Origin: Thraustochytrium aureum
Taxonomy: Eukaryota
Direction: 5' to 3'
NCBI GenBank assembly: GCA_012862495.1
Contig: BLSG01000235.1
Coordinates: 23,225-62,609 of the forward strand
DNA: 39,385 nucleotides
The position numbers and the translations under genes were made by a program. Shown one piece after another: positions 1 to 11,442 of the stretch. A model generated the notes under the pieces. It saw only the letters and a list, made by a program, of their open reading frames with translations, did not search any database and was not told the origin of the DNA. Numbering within the stretch: the first letter of the stretch is position 1; each line of letters opens with the position of its first letter.

Positions 1-1
1 C

Positions 2-1204
2 TTTCACCCGTGGGTGCAGTGGGTGCTCAACAAGACGCTCAATCGACACTACTTTGCCTGGGCGCGGCGCACCACAGCGTCGGTGCTGGCCGAGCTCACG
101 GACAACAAGCGCCTGCGCGCGGTGCTGTCAGGTCAGTTTGGCGACTACGGCCTCGTCCCGGAAGAGAGCTCGTTCCTAATCCAAGCAGGCATTACCTCGC
201 ACTACCTGGGCGGCGCGTTCTACCCCGTTGGCGGCTCGCAGGCAATCAGCCGCGCCATCGTCCCGGCCATTCTGGCCTCGGGCGGGCGCGTCTTCGTCAA
301 GGCCCCGGTCACCGAAATCCTGGTTGAAGGCGGGCGCGCCATCGGCGTGACCGTGGCAGGCCAGTCTCGCGTCCTCGCAAAGCATGGCGTGATTTGCGGC
401 GCAGGCGCGGCGGCCATGCGAGCGCTTTTGCCGAGCGCGCAACGCGCGCGGCTTGGGTATGACGACATGCTAGCCAAAGTGAGGCCCGGGATATCCCACG
501 TGGTGCTCTTCCTTGGGCTCGACAAGAGCAGCGCAGAGCTCGGGCTGCGCGGCGCCAACCTTTGGCACCTCCCCGTCGATCCGGAGTACAACTTGCGCGG
601 CGTTGGCCTGCGCAGCGACGAGCCCGCAGCCAGCGAGTCGGATCCCTGGGAAGGGTGCGAGGGCAGGGACATGCTCCTCTTCATCGGGTCGCCGTCTGCC
701 AAGGACCCCTCGTTCGAGGCCCGTTTTCCGGGCAAGGCCACTTGCGAGGTGATCAGCCAGTGCCCTTCCGCCTGGTTTGACGCCTTTGACGATCCTGCCA
801 GGCCTGTGTCGGGTAAACGGCGGAACAAAGCGTACGAAGCTCTCAAGGCGAGCCTCCAGGCCAAGATGCTTGCACGACTCTACGAGCTTTTCCCCCAGAT
901 TGAAGGCCACGTCGTGTTCGCCGAGCTGGGCACGCCGCTCTCCAACAAATTCTACTTGGGCCGCGCCGATTCGTACGGCCTCGAGCACACTCCGGCCCGC
1001 TATGGCGGAACGCTTGACGGAATGCGCCCAGCGACCAGAATACCGGGCTTGTATCTCACCGCGCAGGATGCCTGCACGATGGGTTTTGCAGGTGCGCTCA
1101 CCGCGGGTATCCTTACCGCTCACGCGATCTGCGGGTACGGTTTGGCCGACCTCGTGTTCTGTCGTCGCAACCTGATCGAGGACCTCATGCAAGCCGAAAA
1201 GTGA
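2..1204 (+). CDS. RETSAT: All-trans-retinol 13,14-reductase-like (RetSat / phytoene desaturase CrtI-family) FAD oxidoreductase, 5' truncated by window edge
   Basis: Frame is open from base 2. Motifs GQFGDYG, GGAFYPVGGSQAI, PSAKDPSF and ELGTPLSNKFYLG...YGLEH...RPATRIPGLYLTAQD...GFAGAL are typical of RetSat. Confidence 0.85.
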   Translation, partial: FHPWVQWVLNKTLNRHYFAWARRTTASVLAELTDNKRLRAVLSGQFGDYGLVPEESSFLIQAGITSHYLGGAFYPVGGSQAISRAIVPAILASGGRVFVKAPVTEILVEGGRAIGVTVAGQSRVLAKHGVICGAGAAAMRALLPSAQRARLGYDDMLAKVRPGISHVVLFLGLDKSSAELGLRGANLWHLPVDPEYNLRGVGLRSDEPAASESDPWEGCEGRDMLLFIGSPSAKDPSFEARFPGKATCEVISQCPSAWFDAFDDPARPVSGKRRNKAYEALKASLQAKMLARLYELFPQIEGHVVFAELGTPLSNKFYLGRADSYGLEHTPARYGGTLDGMRPATRIPGLYLTAQDACTMGFAGALTAGILTAHAICGYGLADLVFCRRNLIEDLMQAEK

Positions 1205-1594
1205 ACCCTCGCCGGCTAGCGTGGCGCCTGCTAGGGGCGGGGACACTTTGCCCCGCCGGGACGAGCGCTGGGCCAATGCGGACCTTTGTTTGGCCCAGGC
1301 AACTTGCTCGCGACGCATGCGAAGGCACGAGCCGCTGGGTAGCGAGCCCGAACCACCCGTGGCTTGAAGCACTTCCACGAGCGCAGTTGCTCGCCTAGGA
1401 TACGTGTCGGGCCCGCTGCGGCGCACGAAAGCGAATCTGAGTTTATGTGTTGGGTTGAGGGCGAGCTGGGCGGCGCAGCGCGAGCCCGGGCAAGTGCTGC
1501 GCCCGAGAGTATCGCTTCTTGCTCCTCTCTCCACTCTACAGTAGAGCTCTCTGCAGACTACTCGAGAGCAGCCCAAGGGAATGTGGAGAGCTGG

Positions 1595-4188
1595 CTAGCC
1601 GGAGGCAGGCTTCGCCTTCTTCAAAAAGTAGCCTCCCGTTTTCGAGCTCGAGTACGTCGTCTCGCACGAGCTTGTCCAGGAACGCGCCCAGCTGCTGCAC
1701 GTTCTTGTCGTACTTGTGCTCGCCAGTCGACACAAACATCTTGAGCATGTTGTGGATGCGGTCGAGCGGGAGGGACTCGTAGTTGTTGAGCATCCCGCGA
1801 ACGAAATCCTCGTAAACCTTCATTTCCTCCGCGAGCTGCGCGTCAGCCGACACTGCGCGCTCCGTGGCCTCGTCGTCTGCGGCCACCGCATGGTCGTCAT
1901 GGTCGTCCGCGAGCCGGTCCACCCCGCTGTACGTGACCACGCCGTTCACCTTGGCCAGATTCACCACACCTTGGTTGACCCAGTACGCCATGCGCTTTCG
2001 CAGCGCCTCCTCCGGGAGCCCAGACACCTCTGCAAGGTCAGCGGCCGTCCACCTCTCCCGCTCGCCAACATGCATAATGAGCGTCGCGAGGAGCGGGTTG
2101 ACGGTGAACTGCTTGGTTTTGCCCCCTCAAACTCGAGCTCGACCTGCACAAGGCCCAGGTTTGTCTTCCAAATGAGCTGGCGCGGGTTTTTCAAAACAGA
2201 GTACTCGTGCGAGATCGCACTCATGCGCTTTTTGATGAGCGGATGCGGCACGATCTCCTCCCCGTGCAGCGTGGGCCAGAACTGCTTGGAGACGATGGTC
2301 ACCTCCAAGCTGTCGAGCCCAACCTTGGAGCCTGCTGAGGCGCTCGAGCTGTGCTCGGGATCGTTGGCGAGTGTGTTGCGGATGTTTGCGTTGATGCGCT
2401 TCGAGTCCTCAATGTCCTTGATCATGATCTCGCAGTTTAGCATCGAGCCCTCGCCAAAGCGCAGCTTGAGCAGCTCCAAGTTGCGCACCTCGCGCTCGGC
2501 GTCAAAGTCGAGGCTGCTCAGCAGCTTGTCGGCGAGCATCAGGCGGTACTCGTTCACGAAGAGCTCTTTCGAGCCGTAGATGTGCACGAGCATGCTCAGG
2601 ATGTCGTTCGAGCGCCGGCTTCGCGACGTTTTCCGCGGGTCGGCCTCGATCGGGTCTGGGGTCCAAGCTTCGACGTTGGCCGCCTCGGCGGCATCGTCCA
2701 CGTCGCCCTCGTCGTCGCTCTCGTCGTAGCTCTGCGCGATGGGCTTGATGTCCCCGCTGCGGCCCAGCTCTTCGAACAGCTCCGAGTTGCTGTCGTCCGT
2801 GAGGCTGGTGACGATGCAGCGCACGGTGTCGTCGCGCTTGCGCAAGTACGCTTTGATTGGTTCGCTAATGGCCTCCAAGAGAACTCCGCTTGGGTCGAGG
2901 AGGCGCAGGGCCTTGATCGTAGATATGTACACGTCGAGGATCTGCGAGGTGTTGGCGCCAGGGTGCAGCAGGCGGTTGGCGAAGGCGTGCCTCAGGCTCT
3001 GGACGAGCTGGCGGTACTGGTGCGTCCGGGCCAAGCAGTCCTTGAGGTCGTCCAGCGCGGGCGAGCTGTCTGGGAACTCGGCGATGATGTCGAAGAGCTC
3101 GCCCATTCGCAGCTCGCAGAGCGTTTCGAAGACGTGAAACTCAAGCCGGGCCTTCCACTGCTCAAACTTTTCCTGCTGAACGGTGAGAGCGTGCTCGTTT
3201 TTGTTTTCGCGGATGCACTGCGCCAGAACGCTCCGAAGCCACTCGAGCGTGACCGCCTCCAGCCACGAGCACACCTTGGTCAGCAAGGGATCCTCGTACT
3301 TGCCTCTGCATGTGCGCCGGATGTACCGCTCGGTCTCCTTGCACAGTATGTCGCTCAATGGCTCCTCGAAGAGCTGGAACCAGCCGAGCTCGGCGATGTT
3401 GCGGCGAAAGACTCGAACGGAACGCGCATCTCTGCATCTTGGCTCGAAGCGGTCGAGTCCGCTTCGCTGTCGCTTTCGTTGTCGCTTTCGCTGTCTTGGG
3501 CGCCCATGTCCTCGTCCTCATCCTCCTCCTGGGCCCCGTCGCTTGACGCGTCCTCGGGAAGGCTGCGCACGGTCCCGCCGAGGCTCTCGCGCCGCCGCCT
3601 GCCTTCTGCTACCTTGTTGGATTTGTGGCGCGCACGAAAGTGGCGCGCCAGGTAAGCGGATACGAGGTCGCGAAATACAACAAGCGTCTCGGCGTCTCCA
3701 AGCAAGAAGGCGTTGTCGAACGTGGTCTCTATCCGGCGTGTACACCGGTTGCTTTCGCGCGGCTCGTCGCCAAACTGGTGCCGCGCCGCCTGCAGCTCGG
3801 CGACGTGATCCAAGCACGAACAGAGCGCCCCGGCGGGCTCGCGCGTCGCTCGCGCAAGCTCGAGGCTCTCGTGAAGCGCGCCCTCGCTCAGCAGCTCGGC
3901 AAAGCGGTGGGACTGCGGCATCAGCTCCCTCGCGCCGACCAGCTCGAGCGCCCACTCCTCAAGGAGCTGTCCGAGCCCCGCGCGATACGCCGGACCGATT
4001 GCCTCGACGGCGGCGTCGTTGTCAAGCAACGCAGTCGCAGCCGCCGAGCCGCCGCGGTCGGCCCCGATTCGCTCTGCGATCCACGACGTCGCAGCGGCCC
4101 ACTCGCGCTCCACCTTGGCGGCATCCACGCCCTGCCCGAGCCCGCCGAACCCAAACCCAGAGGGGCTCTCTAGCGCCAAGCCCTCCAT
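1595..4188 (-). CDS. APC2: Anaphase-promoting complex subunit 2 (cullin-like), split by frameshifts
   Basis: Motifs LFDIIAEFPDSSPALDDLK, RLLHPGANTSQIL, YLRKRDDTVRCIV, WTPDPIEADP, IYGSKELFVNEYR, ELLKLRFGE and C-terminal SLPLDRIHNMLKMF. Joins ORFs 3355-4197, 1961-3358 and 1536-2075 through shifts near 3405 and 2124. ATG at 4188. Stop is 1595 if there is a third shift near 1634, otherwise 1536. Confidence 0.93.
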
Positions 4189-5125
4189 CCCTGTCAACCA
4201 AGCAGCGCTCGAGCGTCGCGAGGTCGACCAGCAGCCGGCCGAGAGGTCGGGCGGGCGGGGGCGTCACTCTAGCGCCAACCGTCCCTTCCCCTGCCTTCTC
4301 AGCGTACTTCGCCCTCGGTGTCGCGCAGCGCAGCCCTTCACGCAGNNNNNNNNNNNNNNNNNNNNNNNNNNNNNNNNNNNNNNNNNNNNNNNNNNNNNNN
4401 NNNNNNNNNNNNNNNNNNNNNNNNNNNNNNNNNNNNNNNNNNNNNNNNNNNNNNNNNNNNNNNNNNNNNNNNNNNNNNNNNNNNNNNNNNNNNNNNNNNN
4501 NNNNNNNNNNNNNNNNNNNNNNNNNNNNNNNNNNNNNNNNNNNNNNNNNNNNNNNNNNNNNNNNNNNNNNNNNNNNNNNNNNNNNNNNNNNNNNNNNNNN
4601 NNNNNNNNNNNNNNNNNNNNNNNNNNNNNNNNNNNNNNNNNNNNNNNNNNNNNNNNNNNNNNNNNNNNNNNNNNNNNNNNNNNNNNNNNNNNNNNNNNNN
4701 NNNNNNNNNNNNNNNNNNNNNNNNNNNNNNNNNNNNNNNNNNNNNNNNNNNNNNNNNNNNNNNNNNNNNNNNNNNNNNNNNNNNNNNNNNNNNNNNNNNN
4801 NNNNNNNNNNNNNNNNNNNNNNNNNNNNNNNNNNNNNNNNNNNNNNNNNNNNNNNNNNNNNNNNNNNNNNNNNNNNNNNNNNNNNNNNNNNNNNNNNNNN
4901 NNNNNNNNNNNNNNNNNNNNNNNNNNNNNNNNNNNNNNNNNNNNNNNNNNNNNNNNNNNNNNNNNNNNNNNNNNNNNNNNNNNNNNNNNNNNNNNNNNNN
5001 NNNNNNNNNNNNNNNNNNNNNNNNNNNNNNNNNNNNNNNNNNNNNNNNNNNNNNNNNNNNNNNNNNNNNNNNNNNNNNNNNNNNNNNNNNNNNNNNNNNN
5101 NNNNNNNNNNNNNNNNNNNNNNNNC

Positions 5126-5833
5126 GGCTTTGACGATGTCGTGAGTTGCTACTTGGAGCGGGTTCGCGGCGCGGGCGCCAGAGGAGTTGAGACGCACTTT
5201 GTGCTTCGTTGCGAGTTGAGCGGGGAGCCTTTGCTGGCGGCCTGCCACATCGAGGGTACGAGCGACTTTGTCTTTTCCAGCCAGTTCCCAAGCTCTTTCA
5301 GACGGGACGAACTAAGCTACATCGGTGCTCTCGAGTCGAGCTTCACTGGCACGACATTTATCACCTACGACCACGGCACCCAGCCGGACGACCCTGCTTC
5401 GGCCCTCTTTCCCGAGCTCGTCCAGGGCGAGCACGCGGCGCTCATATACGACCAGAACGTGATGGGCCGCGTCCCGAACGCCATGACGGTCGTCGTTCCA
5501 GACCTCCGCAAGCGCCTCGAGCCGGGACCGAGCCTCATCGACCGGTACAACGCCGGGCGCCTCGAAGGCCTGTTGGTTCTTCGCACCCGCAAGCCAGACT
5601 GGAACCCGCGGCTGCGGTCGTGGACAATGGACTTTCACGGGCGGGTCAAGATGGCCTCAAAGAAGAACTTTAAAGTCATGGAAGGCACTGACGATAGGCT
5701 CGGCGAGTGGCTCATGCTATTCGGAAAGGTTTCCAAGCACCGCTTCAGCCTCGACTTTCGGCCGCCGCTCAGCGTGATGCAGGCCATGAGTATCGCCCTG
5801 TCGAGTTTTGCCGACAAGCTCATGGTGACCTGA
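5126..5833 (+). CDS. Tubby C-terminal domain protein (TULP family), 5' part in gap
   Basis: IGALESSFTGTTFITYDHG, YDQNVMG, KPDWN...WTMDFHGRVKMASKKNF and FGKV...FSLDFRPPLSVMQAMSIALSSFADKL match the Tub domain. Confidence 0.92.
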   Translation, partial: GFDDVVSCYLERVRGAGARGVETHFVLRCELSGEPLLAACHIEGTSDFVFSSQFPSSFRRDELSYIGALESSFTGTTFITYDHGTQPDDPASALFPELVQGEHAALIYDQNVMGRVPNAMTVVVPDLRKRLEPGPSLIDRYNAGRLEGLLVLRTRKPDWNPRLRSWTMDFHGRVKMASKKNFKVMEGTDDRLGEWLMLFGKVSKHRFSLDFRPPLSVMQAMSIALSSFADKLMVT

Positions 5834-7120
5834 TGTAGCTGCAGGGCCCCGCGGCCGTTCCGGGCAACCTCGCGTACTGCAGCGTCGTGCACCCGGGCTC
5901 TGTGCACCCAAGAAGGCGGATCGCATCCCAGCGCCCTCTATCGCGGCATCTGACGAGTGGATGCGGAGGATCAGCAGCACGACCCGGCGGCGGCGGCGGC
6001 GGCGGCCCAGTTTCTGGTGGGGGTGCGTGCGCGCGTGGGTCAGGCGCGCAACTCGGTAGGCGCGAGAAGCTTGGCGCTGGACTTTCTCGAGCGCCTTTTT
6101 CCGCAGCGTTGGTTCACAAAAGTGCGTGTTTGTGTGTTTGGCTCTGTGTGGGGGTGTTCTGGCTGGTGTGATACCGGTAGTTCTGGCTCGTTCTCGGCGT
6201 TGGGTTTGGATTCCTTTCTCGTTATCTTGGCAGTTCTCGTGATCCTGGCCGGGGCACGCTGTCCCGCAAACGGTACTCTATGTTGGTGACGATCCGGTCT
6301 GCGCGGCTACGAGGGATTCGTACTTTCTTTTTGTTGCACTTGGCAGCGTTTGCGGTCTTCTCGACAGAGTCCTTTCAGGCAAAGGAATTGTATTGTGCAT
6401 TGTACTCATTCTCAGCTAGCTCCGTCTCGCTCAAGCGGTCGGCGATTGCGTCCAGACTTTTGAAAACTTGCATGCTCTAGCGAATTTCCCTGCTCGGCAC
6501 GTGCCACTGTGCTTCTTTTCTCGCCTCTTTTCCATGACCGTGTATGCTCTGTTCTCCTGTAGAGTCCCAAGAAACCGGCGGTGCTGCTCCAAGCTGAGTC
6601 TGATGATTTCTTGGAGTCCGCTCCACGACGACATTAGTACTCGAGTACTCGAGTACGACGAAGCCAAGTACTAGTATACTCTACAACGTTGTTGCCCCGC
6701 ACCGTCGAGCGAACTCTCAAGGCGTGGCGGTGGTGAACGCGGGATGTTCTGTTGTTCCAGCTGTCTGTTTCCTCGGTGTTTCGCTGTCAACAACTTGGGC
6801 GTTCCTCGTTCGCCTCCGTTCGGACTTCGGGCGGTGGCCGTTCACAGAACTCAGAACAGATCCCACGTATCGCGAGTAAGTACATAGAGTTCTCCCTTTT
6901 CTCGAACTCGAGTGGGTAGATCGCCGCGAGGCGTTCCCTGCGCCATTCCAACATCTTGCGCTGGCCCAACCATGTCCCAAAGGCTGCAGAAAAGCAAACC
7001 CCAAACGACGAACGAGAGCAAGGACCGAGCTCGACCGAAACAGCACCCACGCAGCGAGCGCTCGAGTAAACGATTTTGAGGCCAGAGCTTGTTTAGCAAC
7101 CTACAAGGTCCAGCCAGAGA

Positions 7121-7564
7121 ATGGGCGAGAACGCGACGGACCGCGTCATGGCAGACCTCGCGCTGGGTGTTAAAAACCAGCATGTGGGCGCCGTGGCGGA
7201 CATTCTGCACAACATGACGATGGAGCAGGCGGACGAGATCATTCCGATGCTCAAAGGCATGTTCCGGGACATCATGAACGGCGAATCGGGCACCGAATCG
7301 TTTATGAACAAGGTGATGCGGCAACGCCCGCTGACGGCCAAACCCCTGGCTAAAGCCGTGCTGGCTTGCCTGCGCAAAGACCCTGTCGAGGGCACCTACG
7401 AGCTTGCGAACCAGCTCATCGCACTGTCGAACGTGTCGCTCGAAAACCTCTCGCTCGAACTCAAGGGCCTCTTGCAGGTCCAGCCGTGCCCGGACGCCCA
7501 GCTCGAGCGGTTTTGGAAGGACACGCTGCACGACGTGCAGAGCGAGGTGCCGTCGCACGCCTAA
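7121..7564 (+). CDS. Hypothetical alpha-helical protein, 147 aa
   Basis: ATG-to-TAA ORF with GC3-biased codons and globular composition; no motif recognised. Confidence 0.6.
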   Translation: MGENATDRVMADLALGVKNQHVGAVADILHNMTMEQADEIIPMLKGMFRDIMNGESGTESFMNKVMRQRPLTAKPLAKAVLACLRKDPVEGTYELANQLIALSNVSLENLSLELKGLLQVQPCPDAQLERFWKDTLHDVQSEVPSHA

Positions 7565-7757
7565 ACGAACGAGCACACTGTAGCTCTAGAGTAGGGAGAT
7601 ACTGAAAACACAAATTAGTTGGGCCATACGCTGCTGCTAGGTACCTGATTGGCGACCCGATCGTTCGGCAATAAATAGCATGGGGGCTCCTTGCCAACGG
7701 CCAACCGCTCCACGGCGGCCGGCGCAAGGCAGGCTCGGCCGACCGGGTCGATTCTAG

Positions 7758-9182
7758 CTAGGTGGGGTTCTGGGCTTCGACGGCGATCCAAAACGTCAGG
7801 TACAGACAGATGGGCAGCATCGCACCGGCCAAAAGGTTGATGAGGACGGTTGTCGAGATAAAGCTGCTTGAAACCCGAGACAATTCAACTCCTGCCAAGT
7901 AGAGGAGCAACCTCTTCTTCATAAGGTCCTCCGCCAACTCGACAACGACCAGAACGACTCCCCGAAAAACGTAGGTTTCGATGTCGTTGACGTTGTCGAG
8001 GATCGAAGCGAAAAGCGCGCCCGCGAAACTAGCGAGCATCACGTTTACCTTCTCCCCAATCTCCTCGCCAAACCCGATGAGCGTCAGCTTGGTTTTTGGA
8101 TCGTCCCGAATCTGGCCCATCCACTCCACGAAAAGGGCTCTTGGGCCAAGCAAAGATAGCCGCGATATATCCATGCTCTCTTGTGGCGAAACGTTGGTTT
8201 GTTGCCTCTTCGCATCGACATTGCCCCTTCGCAGAATGGCAGAATTGAGCAGAACAGAGCACATCTCGCTCATGTTTTGGAGAGCGAGGGTGATGGCGAA
8301 GGATTTCATTGTCCCAGACCCCATGATGATGAGGAGCCCCACGAAGTGGAACGCTTGCTTCGACGAAGCGGATAACCCGACTGTGAACTCGGAGCGCAGG
8401 CTTCCGGGGAAAGCGGATACGAAAGCAAAGACAAACATGTCGCTGACAACGCAGCGGCCCGTCACCAGGAAAAAGGCCTGGAAAGCTACACCATTCACCA
8501 AGACCTCATTTAGCCAATCAAGGTTGAAGGAGAGCGCGAAAACCACGTAGAGGCAGATGACAATCCCTCCTGCACTCGTGGCGACGGCGATGGCGAATGG
8601 GATCACGGTCGGAAGGCTCGTACTAGAGGCCATAACGATGAACGCCGAAATGAACGACGAGCAGTTGAGTACTGCGACAAGCGCGAGTGGAGAACGCGCG
8701 GGCTCTGCAAACCAAACAGTCGCCACGATAAGGAACAATAAAACGGCGCACACCAAACTATGTCGTCTGTGCCACTGTCGCCTGCGTTCATGCGGGAGAG
8801 GTATGAACATGCAAAGAAGGCTGAATGAGATCTGCGTCGCCACTGTCGTAATTGAGAGGCGGAGTCGGTAGTCGAGGTTCGAGCTGGCAACCAATCCCAG
8901 CACAGCCGATAGGCCCGCCGCGACGACTGCGACTGGCAAAACCCGCAGATTGCACATTACGTCGTGCTTCAAGTCTTCCCAGACGGTCGGTGGAGGTCTG
9001 GGGTCAGGACCAGAGCCTGGACTCTGGCACTTGTCGCAATCCGAAGACTCCCACACCGATAGTGCTCCAAAGGATGAGGCCAGCGTGAGAGACTGGCTAG
9101 CACGGGCAGCCCTATCAAGAGCAGATCGAACGGGGCCGTTGCTGGCTCGACCGGCACGGGGCAGGTCCCACTGTTGATCCAT
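7758..9182 (-). CDS. Hypothetical multi-pass membrane protein, about 474 aa
   Basis: First ATG (MDQQWD) at 9182 within ORF 7758-9461; about 10 hydrophobic segments. Confidence 0.65.
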   Translation of the reverse strand: MDQQWDLPRAGRASNGPVRSALDRAARASQSLTLASSFGALSVWESSDCDKCQSPGSGPDPRPPPTVWEDLKHDVMCNLRVLPVAVVAAGLSAVLGLVASSNLDYRLRLSITTVATQISFSLLCMFIPLPHERRRQWHRRHSLVCAVLLFLIVATVWFAEPARSPLALVAVLNCSSFISAFIVMASSTSLPTVIPFAIAVATSAGGIVICLYVVFALSFNLDWLNEVLVNGVAFQAFFLVTGRCVVSDMFVFAFVSAFPGSLRSEFTVGLSASSKQAFHFVGLLIIMGSGTMKSFAITLALQNMSEMCSVLLNSAILRRGNVDAKRQQTNVSPQESMDISRLSLLGPRALFVEWMGQIRDDPKTKLTLIGFGEEIGEKVNVMLASFAGALFASILDNVNDIETYVFRGVVLVVVELAEDLMKKRLLLYLAGVELSRVSSSFISTTVLINLLAGAMLPICLYLTFWIAVEAQNPT

Positions 9183-10092
9183 CGATGAGCGAAACGCAAG
9201 CTCAAAACCTGCGAGTACGGGACCTGGACAAAGTCGTCTGCTTCCACTCGAGCCAAAGCGTCGTCTAGCGACACGCAAGAGGCAAGGAGGAGATCTGTAA
9301 GGTGCTGGAAGCCAGCGTCGCAGGCTTGGGATCCGAAACGTCGGGCAGATGGACTCTCTGGAAGGCCGGAGAAGAACTTTGGGAAAAGCACGGTGTTGAC
9401 GCTCTCGGCTGAGACCGCGGGGTTCCACAGCGAGGAGGCCGAAAGAGCTTGCGCCGTGCACAACGTTTGAATCGCCTTGATTGAGGCCTCGGTAGCGGGA
9501 GGGATCGCCGTAAGTTCGTAGAAAGCACTCCCAGGCTGAGCAGGCTCGTCATCAGGATGCCCGTGACTAGGGTCAGAGGGAGGGGATNNNNNNNNNNNNN
9601 NNNNNNNNNNNNNNNNNNNNNNNNNNNNNNNNNNNNNNNNNNNNNNNNNNNNNNNNNNNNNNNNNNNNNNNNNNNNNNNNNNNNNNNNNNNNNNNNNNNN
9701 NNNNNNNNNNNNNNNNNNNNNNNNNNNNNNNNNNNNNNNNNNNNNNNNNNNNNNNNNNNNNNNNNNNNNNNNNNNNNNNNNNNNNNNNNNNNNNNNNNNN
9801 NNNNNNNNNNNNNNNNNNNNNNNNNNNNNNNNNNNNNNNNNNNNNNNNNNNNNNNNNNNNNNNNNNNNNNNNNNNNNNNNNNNNNNNNNNNNNNNNNNNN
9901 NNNNNNNNNNNNNNNNNNNNNNNNNNNNNNNNNNNNNNNNNNNNNNNNNNNNNNNNNNNNNNNNNNNNNNNNNNNNNNNNNNNNNNNNNNNNNNNNNNNN
10001 NNNNNNNNNNNNNNNNNNNNNNNNNNNNNNNNNNNNNNNNNNNNNNNNNAGTAGTTTTGAGGGCGTCAGGCGTCATTTCAGATCTTCAAGAA

Positions 10093-10221
10093 TCGCTCTA
10101 TTCGCGAACATAGAATAGGTCTCTAGTTCTCTTGTGAACATGCGCGGGCTCGCTCTATTCGCGAACATAGAATAGGTCTCTAGTTCTCGTGTGAACAGGC
10201 GCGGGCTCGCTCTATTCGCGA
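10093..10221. repeat. 57-bp tandem repeat, about 2.3 copies, with internal dyad
   Basis: TCGCTCTATTCGCGA starts at 10093, 10150 and 10207; the units are nearly identical. Confidence 0.92.
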
Positions 10222-10331
10222 GCAAGATCACGCTCGGCGTCGCTTGCGCGTTGGTGAGCCATTGCCGAGCGAGCAGTCCGCGCAGGCTGTCAGGGAGGGA
10301 GCGAGCGAGCGAGGGGGGGAGTGCAAGCGAG

Positions 10332-11333
10332 ATGGCGAAGCGGCTCGTGTTTGGCGCCATCGCGGACGTGCAGTACGCCGACGCGGAGGATGGCAGCAAC
10401 TTTGCGAAAACGGCGAAGCGCAGGTACCGCAACGCGCTGGAGGTGCTGCGCAACGCCGTGGCGGCGTGGCGAAGGCGCGGCGAGAGCGACACCGGGGAGG
10501 AGGAGGTCGCGTTTGCTGTCCAACTTGGCGACCTCGTGGACCTGTGCAACGCTGAGAGGAGCGACAAGGCGCGCGCGTTCGAGGTGGTGCTCGGCGTGCT
10601 GGGGGGCTTGGGGCGGCCTGTTCTGCACGTCGTGGGCAACCACGACCTTGCCAACTTTGCCAAGCCAGCGCTATGCTCTCTCCTTGGCCAGCAAGAGACG
10701 TACATGTCCTTCTCGCCGCGTCCGGGCTGGCGGTGCATCGTCCTGGACGGGTACGTGGAGACAGTGCTGGGCGAGCCAAACGCGTCTGCGTGCGCTGCAG
10801 CGGAAGCCATGCTCGACAAGCACAACCCGAACAAGTGGCGTGAGAAAGGCGTCGACTTTTCCGCGGGGTTGGAGGGCCCTCAGAAACGCTTTCTCCCGTA
10901 CAACGGCGCGCTTGGCGCAAGGCAGCTGGCGTGGCTTCGCGGAGAGCTTGGCCAGGCTCGGCACAAGCGAGAGCACGTCGTGGTGTTTTGCCACTTGCCA
11001 ATGCTTCCCGAAGCGGAGCTGGAGCGATACCGGCACTTGTGCCTGTTATGGGACTACGAGGAGGCGCTCGCAGCTTTGGACCAGTCGGGGGCCGCTGTGG
11101 TCGCGGTTTTCGCCGGCCACGACCACGCGGGCGGCCACGGCGTGCAAACCACTGCACTAGGACGCAAAATCCACCACATCACGCTCGAGGGTGCTGTTGA
11201 GAGCGAGTTTGCTGAGTGCCACGCGACTGTGACGCTCACGGTTGCCGAGGACGGCGCCACCGTTGATATTGAGGTAGCTGGCAGCGGCGGCGTCGCCTCT
11301 GTTAGGGCGAGGGAGACGCATGCGGTCGCCTGA
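10332..11333 (+). CDS. ADPRM: Manganese-dependent ADP-ribose/CDP-alcohol diphosphatase (metallophosphoesterase)
   Basis: FGAIADVQYAD, RRYRNAL, QLGDLVD, VGNHD, PYNGALG..QLAWL, FCHLP, LLWDYEE, FAGHDHAGG and HHITLEGAVE; ATG at 10332. Confidence 0.92.
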   Translation: MAKRLVFGAIADVQYADAEDGSNFAKTAKRRYRNALEVLRNAVAAWRRRGESDTGEEEVAFAVQLGDLVDLCNAERSDKARAFEVVLGVLGGLGRPVLHVVGNHDLANFAKPALCSLLGQQETYMSFSPRPGWRCIVLDGYVETVLGEPNASACAAAEAMLDKHNPNKWREKGVDFSAGLEGPQKRFLPYNGALGARQLAWLRGELGQARHKREHVVVFCHLPMLPEAELERYRHLCLLWDYEEALAALDQSGAAVVAVFAGHDHAGGHGVQTTALGRKIHHITLEGAVESEFAECHATVTLTVAEDGATVDIEVAGSGGVASVRARETHAVA

Positions 11334-11442
11334 TGTGCTGGGTGGACGGCCGAGTAGGCTTCAAGGCGCTCGCGGGGCTTCCAGACAGGCCAGAGTTGTG
11401 ACCACCGTGGTCGGCTTGACCTCTTGCGGCGCAATCACTGCA

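Noticed and set aside
470..1576. Long antisense or alternative-frame ORFs (also 2582-3655, 10228-11157, 16397-17179, 18888-20231, 37523-38479)
   Set aside because: Shadows of real genes in high-GC DNA, with no motifs.
4019..5833. ORFs running through N-gaps (X-rich) as single long proteins
   Set aside because: Artefact of translating Ns; only the flanking segments can be evaluated.
10093..10221. CRISPR-like array
   Set aside because: The intervening sequences are nearly identical rather than unique spacers, there are no cas genes, and the context is eukaryotic.
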